The notes below the pieces were generated by a model. It was not told the origin of the DNA, ran no database searches, and saw only the letters and a list, made by a program, of their open reading frames with translations. From Catajapyx aquilonaris (taxonomy: Eukaryota): a DNA stretch of 64,000 nt. The DNA lies in contig JYFJ02001276.1 of the NCBI GenBank assembly GCA_000934665.2, forward strand, positions 1 to 64,000, written 5' to 3'. Within the stretch, counting starts at the first letter, position 1, and the number at the start of each line of letters is the position of its first letter. A program made the position numbers and the translations under genes. This document shows positions 12,399 through 25,035 of the stretch, piece by piece.

Positions 12399-13859
12399 AT
12401 GGCCACTGCAAACATAGATCGGCAGAAGCAGCGCCGTGCGCAATGGACAGAAGAAAATCTGCAGAGCGCCTTGAATGCGATCCGGCGTGGGAAAGTAAGC
12501 CAACGAGAGGCGCAGGCACGTTTTGGAATCCCTAGGAGGACACTCAGAAACCATATAAAGAGTGACAAGGAATCACGGAAGCTAGGTCGAAGCCCACTGT
12601 TGTCATTCGAACAGGAAGAGGATTTAAAAGCACGCCTTTTTCGACTATCTGAAATTGGAATTCCTCTTACTAGAAAAGTGCTGCAGCACTCAGTGCACCG
12701 ATGCTGCAAATTAAACGGGATAGCACACACCTTCAATCTCGAAAAAGGGTGTGCAGGGAGAAAATGGCTGAAACTTTTCATGAACAGGCATCCGGACGTG
12801 GTGGTCAGGAAAGATCAGCTGATGAATCAGGCGCGAGCTCAGAAATTGAATCGTCACATTGTAAATGACTACTTTCAAACACTTAGGCGAACTTTAGAAG
12901 ACATGCAAGTGACAACCAGACCCGAAAAAATCTTCAATATGGACGAGAAAGGCTGTCGATTGACTGTCCACCATCAGCAAAATGTGTCTTCACGCAAGGG
13001 AGCGAAGCGTGTTCATCTCATTGCAAACGAACACACTGAGAATGTCACGATCGTAGCTTGCGCAAGCGCGGTAGGCACAGTTATCCCGCCAATGGTGATA
13101 TTCAAAGGCACCCGGATGAAACCTGAGTATGAGGACAACTTGCCGCCAGGCTCAGCCGTGGCTATGAGCGCGAAAGGATCGATGACTACAGATATTTTCC
13201 TGGTGTGGCTGGATCATCTCGCAAGGTTCAAACCCGCTGGTCCAATCCTTCTCATCTTCGATGGTGCTTCGTGTCATCTGGACTACGACATTGTAGAACG
13301 AGCAGAAGAACATGAGATAAAATTACTGTGCTTGCCTAGTAATACGACCCATGAATTACACCCATTTGACAAGAGTGTCTTCAAATCTTTCGAGAGCTCC
13401 TGGGACGAGGAGGTTCTAAGATTCTGGGACACACATCCGGATCAAATGCTAACAAAGACCAGATTTGGCACCATGTTTACCCGAGTGTGGGGCAAGGCGC
13501 TTACATCGGACAACGTGATCAGTGGCTTCCGTGCAACTGGCATCTACCCTTTTGACCCCTCAGTTATTCCCGATGAAGCTTTCGCACCCAGCGTGCTTAC
13601 ACAGACTGACAAACCTCACCTTGCTGAGGAACGAGCAGGTAGCCCAGCAACCAGCCCTGCATCTGTCAATGCAGCTAGTCCTGAAAATGAAGTTCCATCA
13701 GAGGATGAAGCTGATATGGCCTCAGTGACACCTGAATCAGCGGACAGTGCCATCCTTGATTCACCTGATCATGGCTCCCAGCAAAATAAGTCCAAGTATA
13801 TATTAGTCCTTTTAGTTGTAGGAAATTTTGCTCCAATCTGTTATTTTTGTGTAGCTTGA
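12399..13859 (+). mobile_element. pogo-superfamily DD35D transposase ORF (psq-type HTH + CENP-B-type HTH + DDE_1)
   Basis: WTEENLQSALNAIRRGKVSQREAQARFGIPRRTL (HTH_psq); AGRKWLKLFMNRHP (CENP-B HTH); catalytic NMDEKG, IFDGASCH and HPFDKSVF with 35 residues between the last two Asp. ORF is uninterrupted. Confidence 0.92.
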
Positions 13860-13982
13860 TGCGCTCCTATCCAGGTGCCCTATTCTATAGCCACTGCTAC
13901 ATTCGACCACGTAATATAATGGGGCACCTGGATTGGGGCGCAACAAGATGCACAAAAATAACTACTCTGGATCCTGATGAAT

Positions 13983-14540
13983 CCGCTGAATCCGGATATA
14001 GCAGACTTAAAGGGACCTCAGAAAAAGTCTTTTATAACCGAGGTTTGTTATAGCCTAATCGCCACTTTAGCAACGAATACACAATATTTTCATATTTCCG
14101 TAATTATGCTTATAATGCACACTACTGAATGCGGTACCGTACAGATTGAAACTATCCACAAAAATGCGAAATTAGCTCATCAGTAATATAAGGAAGGACC
14201 AAAAAAAAACCGTAATTTTTCTCCTACTTCTTGCCAAATATACCAGAAAAAGAATAATTTTGATCTTTTCATCAAGTGTCAGATCAGTGACAGATGCGAA
14301 AATCACCTCTCCAATGTGCAGTGCTTTCCTCCCTTGGGAAAGGAAGCTGAGTAATCAAAAAGAGCACATTTTCCCACCGAGCGGCCAAAAAAATTGTCTG
14401 TTACACCGAGGTGAGGTGAAAATGAGTCTGTTATATCAGGAGTGAAAATGGCGCCTTATGGATGTTTGCTGGGACAGGTTTCGAGTCTGTTATATCCGAA
14501 AATCCGTTATACCCGAGGCTGTTATATTTCTGATTGAACT

Positions 14541-14541
<1 letters not shown>
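13983..14541. mobile_element. Tigger/pogo-like MITE, long degenerate copy of the CAGTTGAATCCGGATATAAC family
   Basis: ctgaatccggatatagcagacttaaaggga at the left end and gttatacccgaggctgttatatttctgattgaactg|ta at the right end; same family as 26394-26493 and 54684-54833. Confidence 0.7.

Positions 14542-14619
<78 letters not shown>
14542..14619. repeat. (TAT)n microsatellite
   Basis: About 26 perfect TAT units starting at the TA flank of the MITE. Confidence 0.97.
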
Positions 14620-15754
14620 GCAGCCGTCGATACGGACGCGGACGTAAGGCTGAAGCCGCACCAGCCAATTGTGATCAAGAAGCTCCTGTTCCTAATAATT
14701 CTGTGTAAGTAAAGGAATATCGAGGGGGGGGGGGGGGAGAGAGAAGCTGCTGNGAAGCTGCTGTCAGGCACCCTGGTTAGTGATTTAACATCTACGTACT
14801 GTAATTAATTATGAACGCAGTACTTGTGATACAACACCACCTGATGCCACGTCTAATAAGGGCACGTCCTTGTCCTCGCCGCAATATTACAATGATCATG
14901 CCGTATGCAACATTCTTGTGATTTTTAATGATCCATAAAGTATAACGAAACATTTAAGTGCAAAAATAATAACATAAACTATGGCAAGTGCTTGGGCTTA
15001 CGATCCAGCCTGCGCCATACAACACTAATAAAATATTTCCATGGGAATCATCATTATGTCTGGAGTCATTCGGGAGAGCACCACTCCTCCACACTTCACC
15101 CCTTATACCATTAGGCCTACCTTTTTAAATCGCGGCGTCTGAGAATAAATAAAATAAAATAAAATAAAATATCCGGAAACAATATCTCGGACTAATATCA
15201 TATTCCGGGGCCCACGGGCTTAATTACTGACTCTCCCTGAATTACATATCAGCAATGGTATGGCGTATGGGTAAATTACGGTATATGGCAATAAAGCCTC
15301 GGGTGCTCGTATCCTGGCGCTATGCGACCATCAGAACCAATAAAGTGGTAGGTAACTTATGTCAAACCACCTTCATCATGGTAGAGAGTTCTGATGGTGT
15401 TATATGAGACTTTGATTAGTGCCAGTGGATAAAGTGAGAAACGGTGGCAGGTTCTATGTTCTATCTGCTATGTCTTGCTATTGTATGCTCTAGAACACCA
15501 CATTTCAAATGTTGGGGACACGGCTCGAATTGCGTGCTTTCATCATGATTAAATTTTGTACTTCAACTTGGGCAATTCATTATGTTCAACGTAAAGGAGA
15601 AACAACATCCGGATTTTAATGGACATAAAAAACAATCCGTATAAATCCACATAAATCTGATGTGCACCGCAAGTGTTGTTTCTCCTTTGGTCGAACAGCC
15701 TCTAGCTTGGATTTTGCACCCTCTGAAACTCTCGTGTCTCGACTATAATTTCAG

Positions 15755-16792
15755 GCAACGGAAGAAGAAGGCTCAGGAAACCGGCGAGACTCCGAAATGG
15801 CGCTTTTGGCAGCCGATGCAACAAATCATGTCAGGCTGCGATCCCGGAGCCAGTACCAGCGGTGTCCATCATCCCACCCACCCAGCTGAACCAGCGTCAA
15901 CATCTGCTGGGGAGATGTCCGGCGAGTCAAATCAACAAGGATTGTACCCGTACATCGTCAAGGTGGAACCTCCAGCAACGGAGGAAGAAGAACCTGTTCT
16001 TCAACAGCAACGTGGATTCGAGGGTATGTTACACGAAATACACTGGGCCTATTGAAATGTTCGGAATGATTAGCTATATTTTCCCGGAATAAGCTGCTTA
16101 AGAAGCTGTCACTTTTGAACGATTACTTCTAACGACATCACTACTATTTTAAAGCTAAATACATTTTAAGAGCTTCTGCCTTTGGTGAATAAATACTGAT
16201 ATCTTCAATGTCTTCACGCCAAATTGGGAAGTGGATGACATGTGGAGGATTGCAGCTGTGTATGCGTAAGTTGAACTGCTGCCTCAATAAATTGTGTATT
16301 TCAGAGACTTGGGGTGAACCCCTTGGTCAGGAACATCATGCTCCGTCCAAGTTTGCGGAATCGCATCTTTTGGAAGAAAGTGTTACTCCGGACGAAAATG
16401 GTGAGGTGGGTGAGGATATGCCGGAGGCTGATGATGAAGAATATGGTGCAGATGTATTGTTCCAAGCTGCCCAGTGCATGGTGAAAGCGTCCAAGGACTT
16501 GTCACACAAAATGAGCCAGTGGCAGGAAGACAGCAAGAAATCACAAGACCGTTTGGTGCGATTACAGGAAGAAGCCCTAGAAATGAAAAAGAAGGACTTG
16601 CGGTTACAGGAGGAGGCTCTCGAAATGAAGAAAAAAGACTTGCGGATGCAGGAAGAAGCCCTGGAAATGAAGAAAAAAGACTTGCAGCTTCAGTTTCGCA
16701 TCGCGAATGCTCTGGAAAAGCTGCTTCCAGCACGCAGCGCCGAAACGAGAGATGAATCTCAAATGGTGTCTCTTAGTCCTATCAGTCCATAA
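15755..16792 (+). CDS. Paralog of the last two exons of the MADF gene; exons 15755-16023 and 16305-16792, upstream exons uncertain
   Basis: Shares DPGASTSG, ASTSAGE, I.K.EP...EE.EP, ETWG.PL, AAQCM, KKSQD..VR.QEEAL.MKK.DL and RIANALE.LL with 7950-8815, and has the same intron phases. Starts with KWRFWQPMQQIM, resembling the end of a Myb/SANT-like domain. AATAAA at 16906. Confidence 0.8.
16559..16684 (+). repeat. Coding tandem repeat, 3 x 42 bp (R[L/M]QEEALEMKKKDL)
   Basis: Three units at 16559, 16601 and 16643. Confidence 0.95.
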
Positions 16793-18184
16793 AGTGATGC
16801 GTAGTATTAAGAAGTGAGTATTGAACTCCTATCCAGATTTGTACACCAGTTATTTAGGGAGAAGAAAATACTGTTCGTGGAATTCTCAGTTTGGACTTTG
16901 GTGGCAATAAAAAGTGGATTGACATTGTGCGCCATGGGTATTACTCACTCAGTCAATAAGAAAGGTACATTTTGACAAGAGCACTGCTGATATCCTGGAG
17001 ATTGTGTGGGGAAGCTGAGTCCAAAAATAGACCCTGCGCACAATTCCCAAAACAGGGAAGAGAGTGCTTTCTGGTGGTTGGCTGGCTGCACATGCATACA
17101 GGTGGGTTGGGTGCAAGCACGTGGTCCTCAGTGTAATAGATCGATATCTCTCCTTCGGGCCTTTCCATAAATTTGACCATTCCGCCCCAAAAAATTTAAC
17201 CAGATTAAAAATAATCGGTTGAATTATTTGATTGAAATAAGTACAAGAAAATATGGAAATAGTTTCACACTTTCTGTAATTGTCTGCGATCTTGAAATGT
17301 GATTTCAAATCTTATTTCACACATCTAAGGCACTTGATTAAATCCGGTAATAACTTGCAATCCGGAATTCCTGAATCCGGTGGTTATTTCGATAAGCGAA
17401 ATTAAATTTCCAAGAAACGACCCGTCAGTTCCACAGAGTGTTGGGCTGTAGGCAGTTCCTAACGGTGACGTAATCAACCCCAGGTCGTTTGATTGGTGGC
17501 CCGTAATACCCATTGCAAGGGAGACTCCCAAATCTCCGAAGACCCATCTACACTGCATCTGCATCCTGTCGGAATACCACCACGTTCCTCAAAAGGTCCT
17601 GGTGATACATGGTTTTTCAGATGGTGCCGAGTAGTGTTTTGATGGCCTTCATATTCCAGCTATTTCCCAATAGCACGAAACGCGCCTGGCCTGCAGAAAA
17701 GGTAAGGGCACGCTTCAACAGGTTGCTGCGACGCATTATCCTTTATTTTAACGAGGGTTTTTATTTTGTCGCAGTCTGTGTTTCTTAGAGAAATGTGACG
17801 CTGTTTTCGTATGGCACCTGCTTTTTGGTGCATTCTAACAGGTGATGTCTAAATTAATTTACGAGTTTCGGGAATGTAGATTCGCAACTAGGCCAATTAC
17901 CAATTATGGTTTATCATGTACTACTGAAAGTATGCCAAAATATTTCGTAGCATGTGGACAGTTTAATTAAGCCATTCGTGGCCAACTATGATTTTTTTTG
18001 CATGAGAAGTAGGTTGTTTGTTTACTTACGTATAGATGTATAGGTGGTGCAAGTGAACTGAGTGTGTGGGATGATATTATGTTTATTGCATGTAATAAAT
18101 TCTTAAATTTATTGGCGCATATGCGTGTGTTTGGGCTACATTTTGCGGATGTTCATCATTAACTATCCCATTTGCACTGCTGTA

Positions 18185-18510
18185 CACTGTACTCCCTCTT
18201 ATCCGGGATAATGGCTGCACAGGTGTCACCGGATAATCGGAAAATGGTCGCCGTATAGATACCGTAATATGAGCTATTCACAGATTTTTAATGAACGACT
18301 GTAGATGTATTTTGCTTTAAATAAGATTTAATTAAAATCAGAAAATTTGCCGTAATTTTTTCGTTTGTGTTCTGGAAAGAGTCTGTTAAATTTCTTTGTT
18401 TGCGAGATATTTGACATTTTCGGAGGAATTTTCTTTGTTTTAGTCATGCACGGATAATCCGAAACACGGTTAACCATAATCCGCACCCGGATAATCGGGA
18501 GTATACAGTG
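18185..18510. mobile_element. Tigger-like MITE
   Basis: cactgtactccctcttatccgg ... ccggataatcgggagtatacagtg inverted ends, with internal ggataatc repeats. Confidence 0.6.
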
Positions 18511-20145
18511 TCTAAGCAAATGTGATGGTTGCGTCCATGCGTGCTTGGTATCGTAAAATAATATTGTCTAGTACTCTAGTGCAACAACCCAGTGTAAAGG
18601 TAAAATAACTTTTAACGCAAATCTGACCAACACACTTGCAAATTGATGATACACCTTTGCACATACATTTTTATAAGCACAAAAAGCACATTATGAATAA
18701 GACCTGAAAAATTAATGCAAAACGATCGTTGACATTTTGGATGAAAGTAAGAGTCATTGAGTCACGTAATTCTTAACGCGTAATTCATCATAGTCAAGTC
18801 AGTTTTCTGATATAGAAATTACAGCACTTATATAGAAATGTTTGGGGGGGACGTAATGGGTGTATAATAAAATCTTCCAACTTTAACTCTGACAATTTTG
18901 TATTTAGGTCACATTTTTGCTGCCTTGCAGAGGTGTTGGCAAATCGGCTTTTATACGGTCCACTTTAATGATTTAATCAACTGCATTTCTCAAATAGTTT
19001 TTCTAGCTCTTAGTGCGTTGTCTGCTATACATTTACCCGATAATTAAAGTATCGCGTTCATTTCATTACTTTCTTAATATAATTAATCATTAATTATTAC
19101 TACACGTGTAGAGCTGCAAATCGATCGATATCACTTCCAAGTTTAATAAATTAATTCCAATCTGGGAAACTAATTTATCAGCGGCTTACCGACATAATTA
19201 CACGCATTCCCTCATTTCTGGTTATCCATCTGGGATATTATTGATCACATAATGTCGATACTGACGAGGGAAACAGTCTGGTCCCTTCGTGACGTCAACC
19301 AACTCTTTTTCAAACTGAAGCACTGACAAAATTAACGTCAAAAGGTTAAACGTTAAAAATGCATGTTATAATACCTGCACCATGGTCATAGTTTGTCAAT
19401 ATGCCTCAACTCTGATTTTCCCTACAGATTTTGTCCCCTTTCAACCCCAGTGGCTATAAAGACTCACATTTTGGCCAGGTTCGCTTTGTCAGTACTGCGA
19501 AGTACATAAAAGGTACAATAATTTAATCATTTGTACTTTTTGCAGTGTTTATACAAGTGGCTGTATTTATTATTTAAAAATCGTGCACTAAAATATAAAA
19601 AATTATGCAAGTTAATGGACTATGAAACATTAACCATGCTGCACCAGTTACACTATTAGCGTCGTACAATAAAATATGCAAGCACAGCAGGCTAAAAGTA
19701 ACCCTTTGCAAAGTCAGTCTTATAATATTAATGCACCGCTTGACAATGCATATTAACACTTTAATGGCCCCCAGAGCCGGAATTAGGCCAACTCATCCAT
19801 GGCATTCATTCAGAGTGACAAAAAAAAGACAAGTGCCCGTCGATCATCCTCCGACAGTGTCGATTATGGTCCCGTTAATTGCTTGCTTTCAGATGTGTTT
19901 ACTTGCGCAAGAGCCCCGCTGAACCATACATGAGTGGGTGTGCGTATTAAGAGGCCTGCAGCGGTGGTTTGCTGAGCAGAGACATTCGAGGGATTCTGTG
20001 TGTAGAGTATATAGAGGAGTTCATCTGGGCCGAGAGGAGTGGGTGGGTTCAAAGGGTGGAGAGGCAGGAGAGGGGGTTGGGGAGGGTTTTTCGGTGGTCA
20101 TAGCGACCGTATCCCTGGCGACGGTTTTCGGGCGTCGCCGACACG

Positions 20146-23100
20146 ATGACAGGGGGACAGAAGCTGCAGGAGGATGCTCGGAGGGACCGAAAGGAAGTAA
20201 CAGGTAGCGAAGATGAGGAGGATGAGGACAGCGGGGACGATGAGGAGCAAACACTTCAGATCAAATCCACCTGCAACCTGGACCTTTGGGATGTGAGTAT
20301 TTGATTTTATTTCATGGATATTGATGTGGAAATCTCGATGAATATCTTCCTTCCCGAGATCGTTGTTGGTGTATATGATTTAAATTTTGCGCCTGCCCGA
20401 AACCCGTGAGCTCAACATGAATTGGTAATCGATTATTTTTTTGTATGAATCGTCGAGATTTAAATCCTATCGTACGGCCGCATCAGTATACGTAGATAAT
20501 TTGTGAATGGGTAGACTGTCCCGCAGTCTACAGAAATACCACACCACATTCATAAGTCCTCTATATGGACAAAAGTCACATTAGGAGTCTGAAATGTTTA
20601 ACTTATACAGCCGCAGGGGCCAGGGGTAATTACAATGGTATCGTATCTGAAATGTTAGAAGTGAACTTATTACCCGCTGGCAAAATTGCTTCCGCTGTAT
20701 GCAGGCCCACACGTAATAAGCAGTAACTTTTAATGAATTCTCTCTCGACTATATAGCTTCTTTCAATGATTGCGAATTAAATGACAAAAATTGGTGCCTC
20801 TCATAAACATATACCATTTCCTGTTCTCGGAACACTGCTACGAGAACCAAGGCAAACTGTCAATAGTGCAGAATAAATTGAAGACCTGCGATGTATGATC
20901 ACTTCTAAGAGAGTAAGAGCCGATATTTCAGAATGACGACAAAGAATCGGTGGCCAACTCCCAAGCACCAATGCTGCAGACCAAGGGCTGCCGAGACCTG
21001 GTCCGTCCCGATGGCGGCACCAGTGAGGAAGACGAAGAATCCTGGTCTCCTCCAGTCAAGCCCTCAACCAGCAGGGGCACCTGGTCTGGTCAGTTCGACT
21101 TCCTTCTGTCCCTCCTGGGCTACAGCGTGGGCCTGGGCAACGTCTGGCGATTCCCGTACCTGTGCTACAGCAACGGAGGTGGTGCGTTCCTGCTGCCCTT
21201 CTGCGCCATGCTGCTCCTGGCCGGACTGCCCCTGCTCTTCCTGGAGCTGGCCCTGGGTCAGTTCGTCTCCCTGGGGCCAACCGCCCTGTTCTCCGCCCTC
21301 TGCCCGCTCTGGGCCGGACTCGGGGCAGGCATGGTGGTGGTATCCGCCGTGGTAATGCTCTACTACAACTTGGTCATCGCCTGGACCTTATACTACCTGG
21401 TGGCCTCCGCTGCTGTGGAGTTGCCCTGGGCAGAGTGCAGGGCGCCATGGGCCTCACCCAACTGCTTCGTTTCCAGTCGAAACCACTGCTCAGTCCAGTT
21501 CAGTCCATCCTGGTGCATTCAGCTGGACAATCCGATCTCCCCTAGGAAGCCTCCTGCTCAGGATTATTTTGAGTAAGCCAGACTCTATTTGTACTGACCC
21601 TTCGCGACAGTCAACACGTCAACTAATATTAGCACATCTTTGTACACTAAACGAGTGCAGTGTAAACAAGGTGTAAACCAACAAGACCTGGCAGTGTTGT
21701 AAAGCAGCTAACAGAGCAACTGTACTGGGCAGGCTACTTGTTGTTGGTTCATTCTGTGAAATGTCGATCGATTGTTGATTTTTGACCGTGCACCACTGTC
21801 TCCTGGGTCCGTTCAAAGCCAAACCTCGTAATATCCTCATCCCGACATTTCCATCGCATCGGCTAGCTCCCATTGGACTCCGGTAATATCCTGTTAGGCA
21901 GGCATTCAGGTGAACAGGAGAGCCGTGCGTTTAGCTCTCGATAGTCAGGATAAGTAATGAAATGACCTTTCCCCGTCGCTTTGGTCTTCCGATATAGATT
22001 TTTACACAACCTCGTTCATTTCAGGTCAAAGGTCACGTTGTTTGACCTCACAGATAATTCTGTAATTACCTTACAAAATTAACTGAGTTACATATAGGAT
22101 ACTCAATTACTCATGCACAATAAGATGCTCAATTAGATTGGCATGTTTAGATTTCCTGACCACAATGTTTAAAAAATATCTTGATATTCGTCAGGAACCA
22201 CGTCCTGGGCATGTCCAGTGGTATTGAAGACACCGGGAGCATCCGCTGGCCCCTGGCATTGTCCCTGGCCTCAGCCTGGGCCATCGTGTTCGTGTGCCTG
22301 AGTCGCGGGGTCCAATCCTCAGGCAAGGTGGTCTACTTCACAGCCCTATTCCCATACGCCGTGCTGGTGGCCCTCTTCATACGGGGCATCACCCTGCCCG
22401 GGGCAGCAGACGGAATGATCTTCTACCTGAGTCCGGACTGGACCCGGTTAGGAACTGCCCAGGTTTGGGGAGACGCAGCTGTGCAGGTCTTCTTTGCCCT
22501 CAGCCCTGCCTGGGGAGGGCTAATCACGCTGGCCTCTTACAACAAGTTCCATAACAACTGCTACCGGTATGCAGAATTGCAGACCTGGACAGTATACTGT
22601 ACACCACCCTCTACATGCCTATAGAGTGGACAGTATAGGCTAATAAGTTGACATCTTATTGTTACTTCCTCAGAGACGCCTTGATTGTGTCTGTGTCGAA
22701 TGTGCTGACCTCGTTCTTCGCTGGATTGGTCATTTTCGCGGCCATTGGTTTCTTGGCCCATGAGCTGCAGGTAGGGGTGGCCACTGTGGTGGATCAAGGA
22801 GCCGGACTGGCTTTCATTGTGATACCAGAAGTGGTGGCAAGACTCCTGGCAGCTCCGGTGTGGTCCTTGCTCTTCTTTCTAATGCTGCTCACACTGGGAC
22901 TGGATTCGCAGGTCAGGTCATCGTTCCCAAAACCATGTCATCGGCAGAAAATTAATGTGTATGATTTCGTTGCAGTTTGCACTAATGGAGACTGTAACCA
23001 CAGCCATATTCGACAGATTCCCTGCACTACGCAAGCACACAACTTTGGTGGTATTCGCAGTATCCGTACTGGGATATCTAGGAGGTCTCATCTTTACCAC

Positions 23101-23894
23101 TAGTGTAAGTACAGCCTTGATATTCCATTGTACCAAGCACTACAATGGGTGTGCCATGCAGAGCGGTATGTACTGGCTGCAGCTTGCAGACAAGTACGCT
23201 GCCAACTGGTCCGTTCTCCTGATCGCCATCGCTGAATGTCTCCTCATCTCATGGTCATATGGTACCGACCGGTTTCTAAACAACGTGGAAGAGATGCTGG
23301 GGCCTAAATCACTTCTGTTTCGGGCCTTCTGGGGGTTCATGTGGCGATATGCAACACCTGCTACTCTCACGGTAAGACGGTTCGGTTTGGCGCTATCGAA
23401 ACATCTGGTGACATCAATGTTGGTTCACAGTTTATCCTGGTTTTCAACTGGGTGGAATATGCACCTGCACGAATCGGCAGGTACACATACCCTTTCTGGG
23501 CGGACGTGGTTGGTTGGATACTGGCAGCTCTTCCTGTAGTCATCATCCTGGGGTTTGCCTCTTACCGCTTGCAACATGAGAAGGGAACTATGCTGAAGGT
23601 TAGTAGTTGTTGTCACGAGTCACCGAACACAAGTAACCAACTTTATTTCAGAGAGTACGTCATCTAATGCAACCCACATCCAACTGGGGTCCAGAAGCTG
23701 GACGGAAGCCACCACCTCCACCTTCTTCAGCTTCTTCGCCAACTTTGGACTCACTTCAAAGGCTCATCCGAGGAGGAGCGTACATAAATGGCATCGAAGT
23801 AGTAGTCGAGACCAGAATAAACGCTGTTCCACGTAGTAACATTGTCACAAGGGCTATCAAAGCAGCGACGCGTAAGAGAGAAACAGACATTTGA
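20146..23894 (+). CDS. SLC6 sodium/chloride-dependent neurotransmitter or amino-acid transporter; exons 20146-20292, 20932-21572, 22195-22566, 22674-22911, 22976-23104, 23162-23371, 23431-23598, 23652-23894
   Basis: [73 protein letters not shown] and [10 protein letters not shown] are SLC6 signature motifs. All introns are GT-AG and in phase. Substrate not determinable by eye. Confidence 0.95.
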
Positions 23895-25035
23895 GGTGTT
23901 CGTGTATCCAAAGTCTGAGAGTCAAATATGTCCAGTATATTTGCAGCTGAAGTTGTAGTGGCTGTAGTCTGCTTCACTTAGGCGAGATGTTATAGAGTCT
24001 TACAGGATTTTGGATAAATTGTCGGATTAATCTGACGCAGCACTCAAGTAAACGTTAAGACTGATGTATACGAGCTTCAAATATCAGGTGTGTAGCTTAA
24101 ATATTGTAAAGTAGTTCTATTTTTGTGAGCGAAACGCACGCCAGACAACTTATCAATGGAGAGAAAAAATATTTATGTAAGTTTTGATGTATGAGCAGAA
24201 GTCATGATTATAATCATGTATCATGCAACGTACACAATCAGTATTTTAGTAATAACATAATCTATATCGACGGCTATGTTAAATGATATTCCGTGAGACC
24301 GAAGTAATTTCTCGATATTGCGGAGAGAGTCTAAATTCTCATGGTGATTCCAAACTTTTAGGACGTATACAGGGTGCTACAATTGAAGAAGTTCAAAGCA
24401 AAAGCGTCGTCTCCAAACCTTGACTCGTTTTCATCCCCAATATTTCGAAATATCAGAAAATAATCTCCACTGAATTGTGTTTGACATCACTGTTGCTGCA
24501 CATAAATTAATATTTATCGCGGTTACGAAGAGAAAAAGATGAGTACCTTTGCCGCGCTACGAAAAATGAGATTTAAACGCCTTGTGTGTACAACCACTTC
24601 AATTAAACTGAAATGTCTGTGTTACATACGACACTGAATGCTAACAATAAGCTTTAAAAATGTGATGACAGATAATAATCGCAGATAATCGCATAATGAC
24701 ATGGGAACTGTACTGTACTACATGCCACAATGGCATGCATCCTGTCGCCAATCCTTGCTGTATATCACGCATATGTAATCCTGCAGGTGACAGTGATGAA
24801 TAAAGTCAGTATAACATTAATTTCATTTTTATGCATCATCATATTCTCTATTCAACAAGTTCATTACCCAACTGGTAGAATTATTATATTTTGCATCATT
24901 ACATCCTGCAGTTAAATAATTACTGCACGTTTCCTACACTTTCTAATCGTTACTTAGCATTGTGCAATAACCAAATTCTTTATATGGAAGGTGGCCCACT
25001 TTTGTTCAAATCTCCCTCCACCCAAGCTACCAACG

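Noticed and set aside
14431..14712. Poly-Ile and poly-Tyr ORFs
   Set aside because: Translations of the (TAT)n microsatellite.
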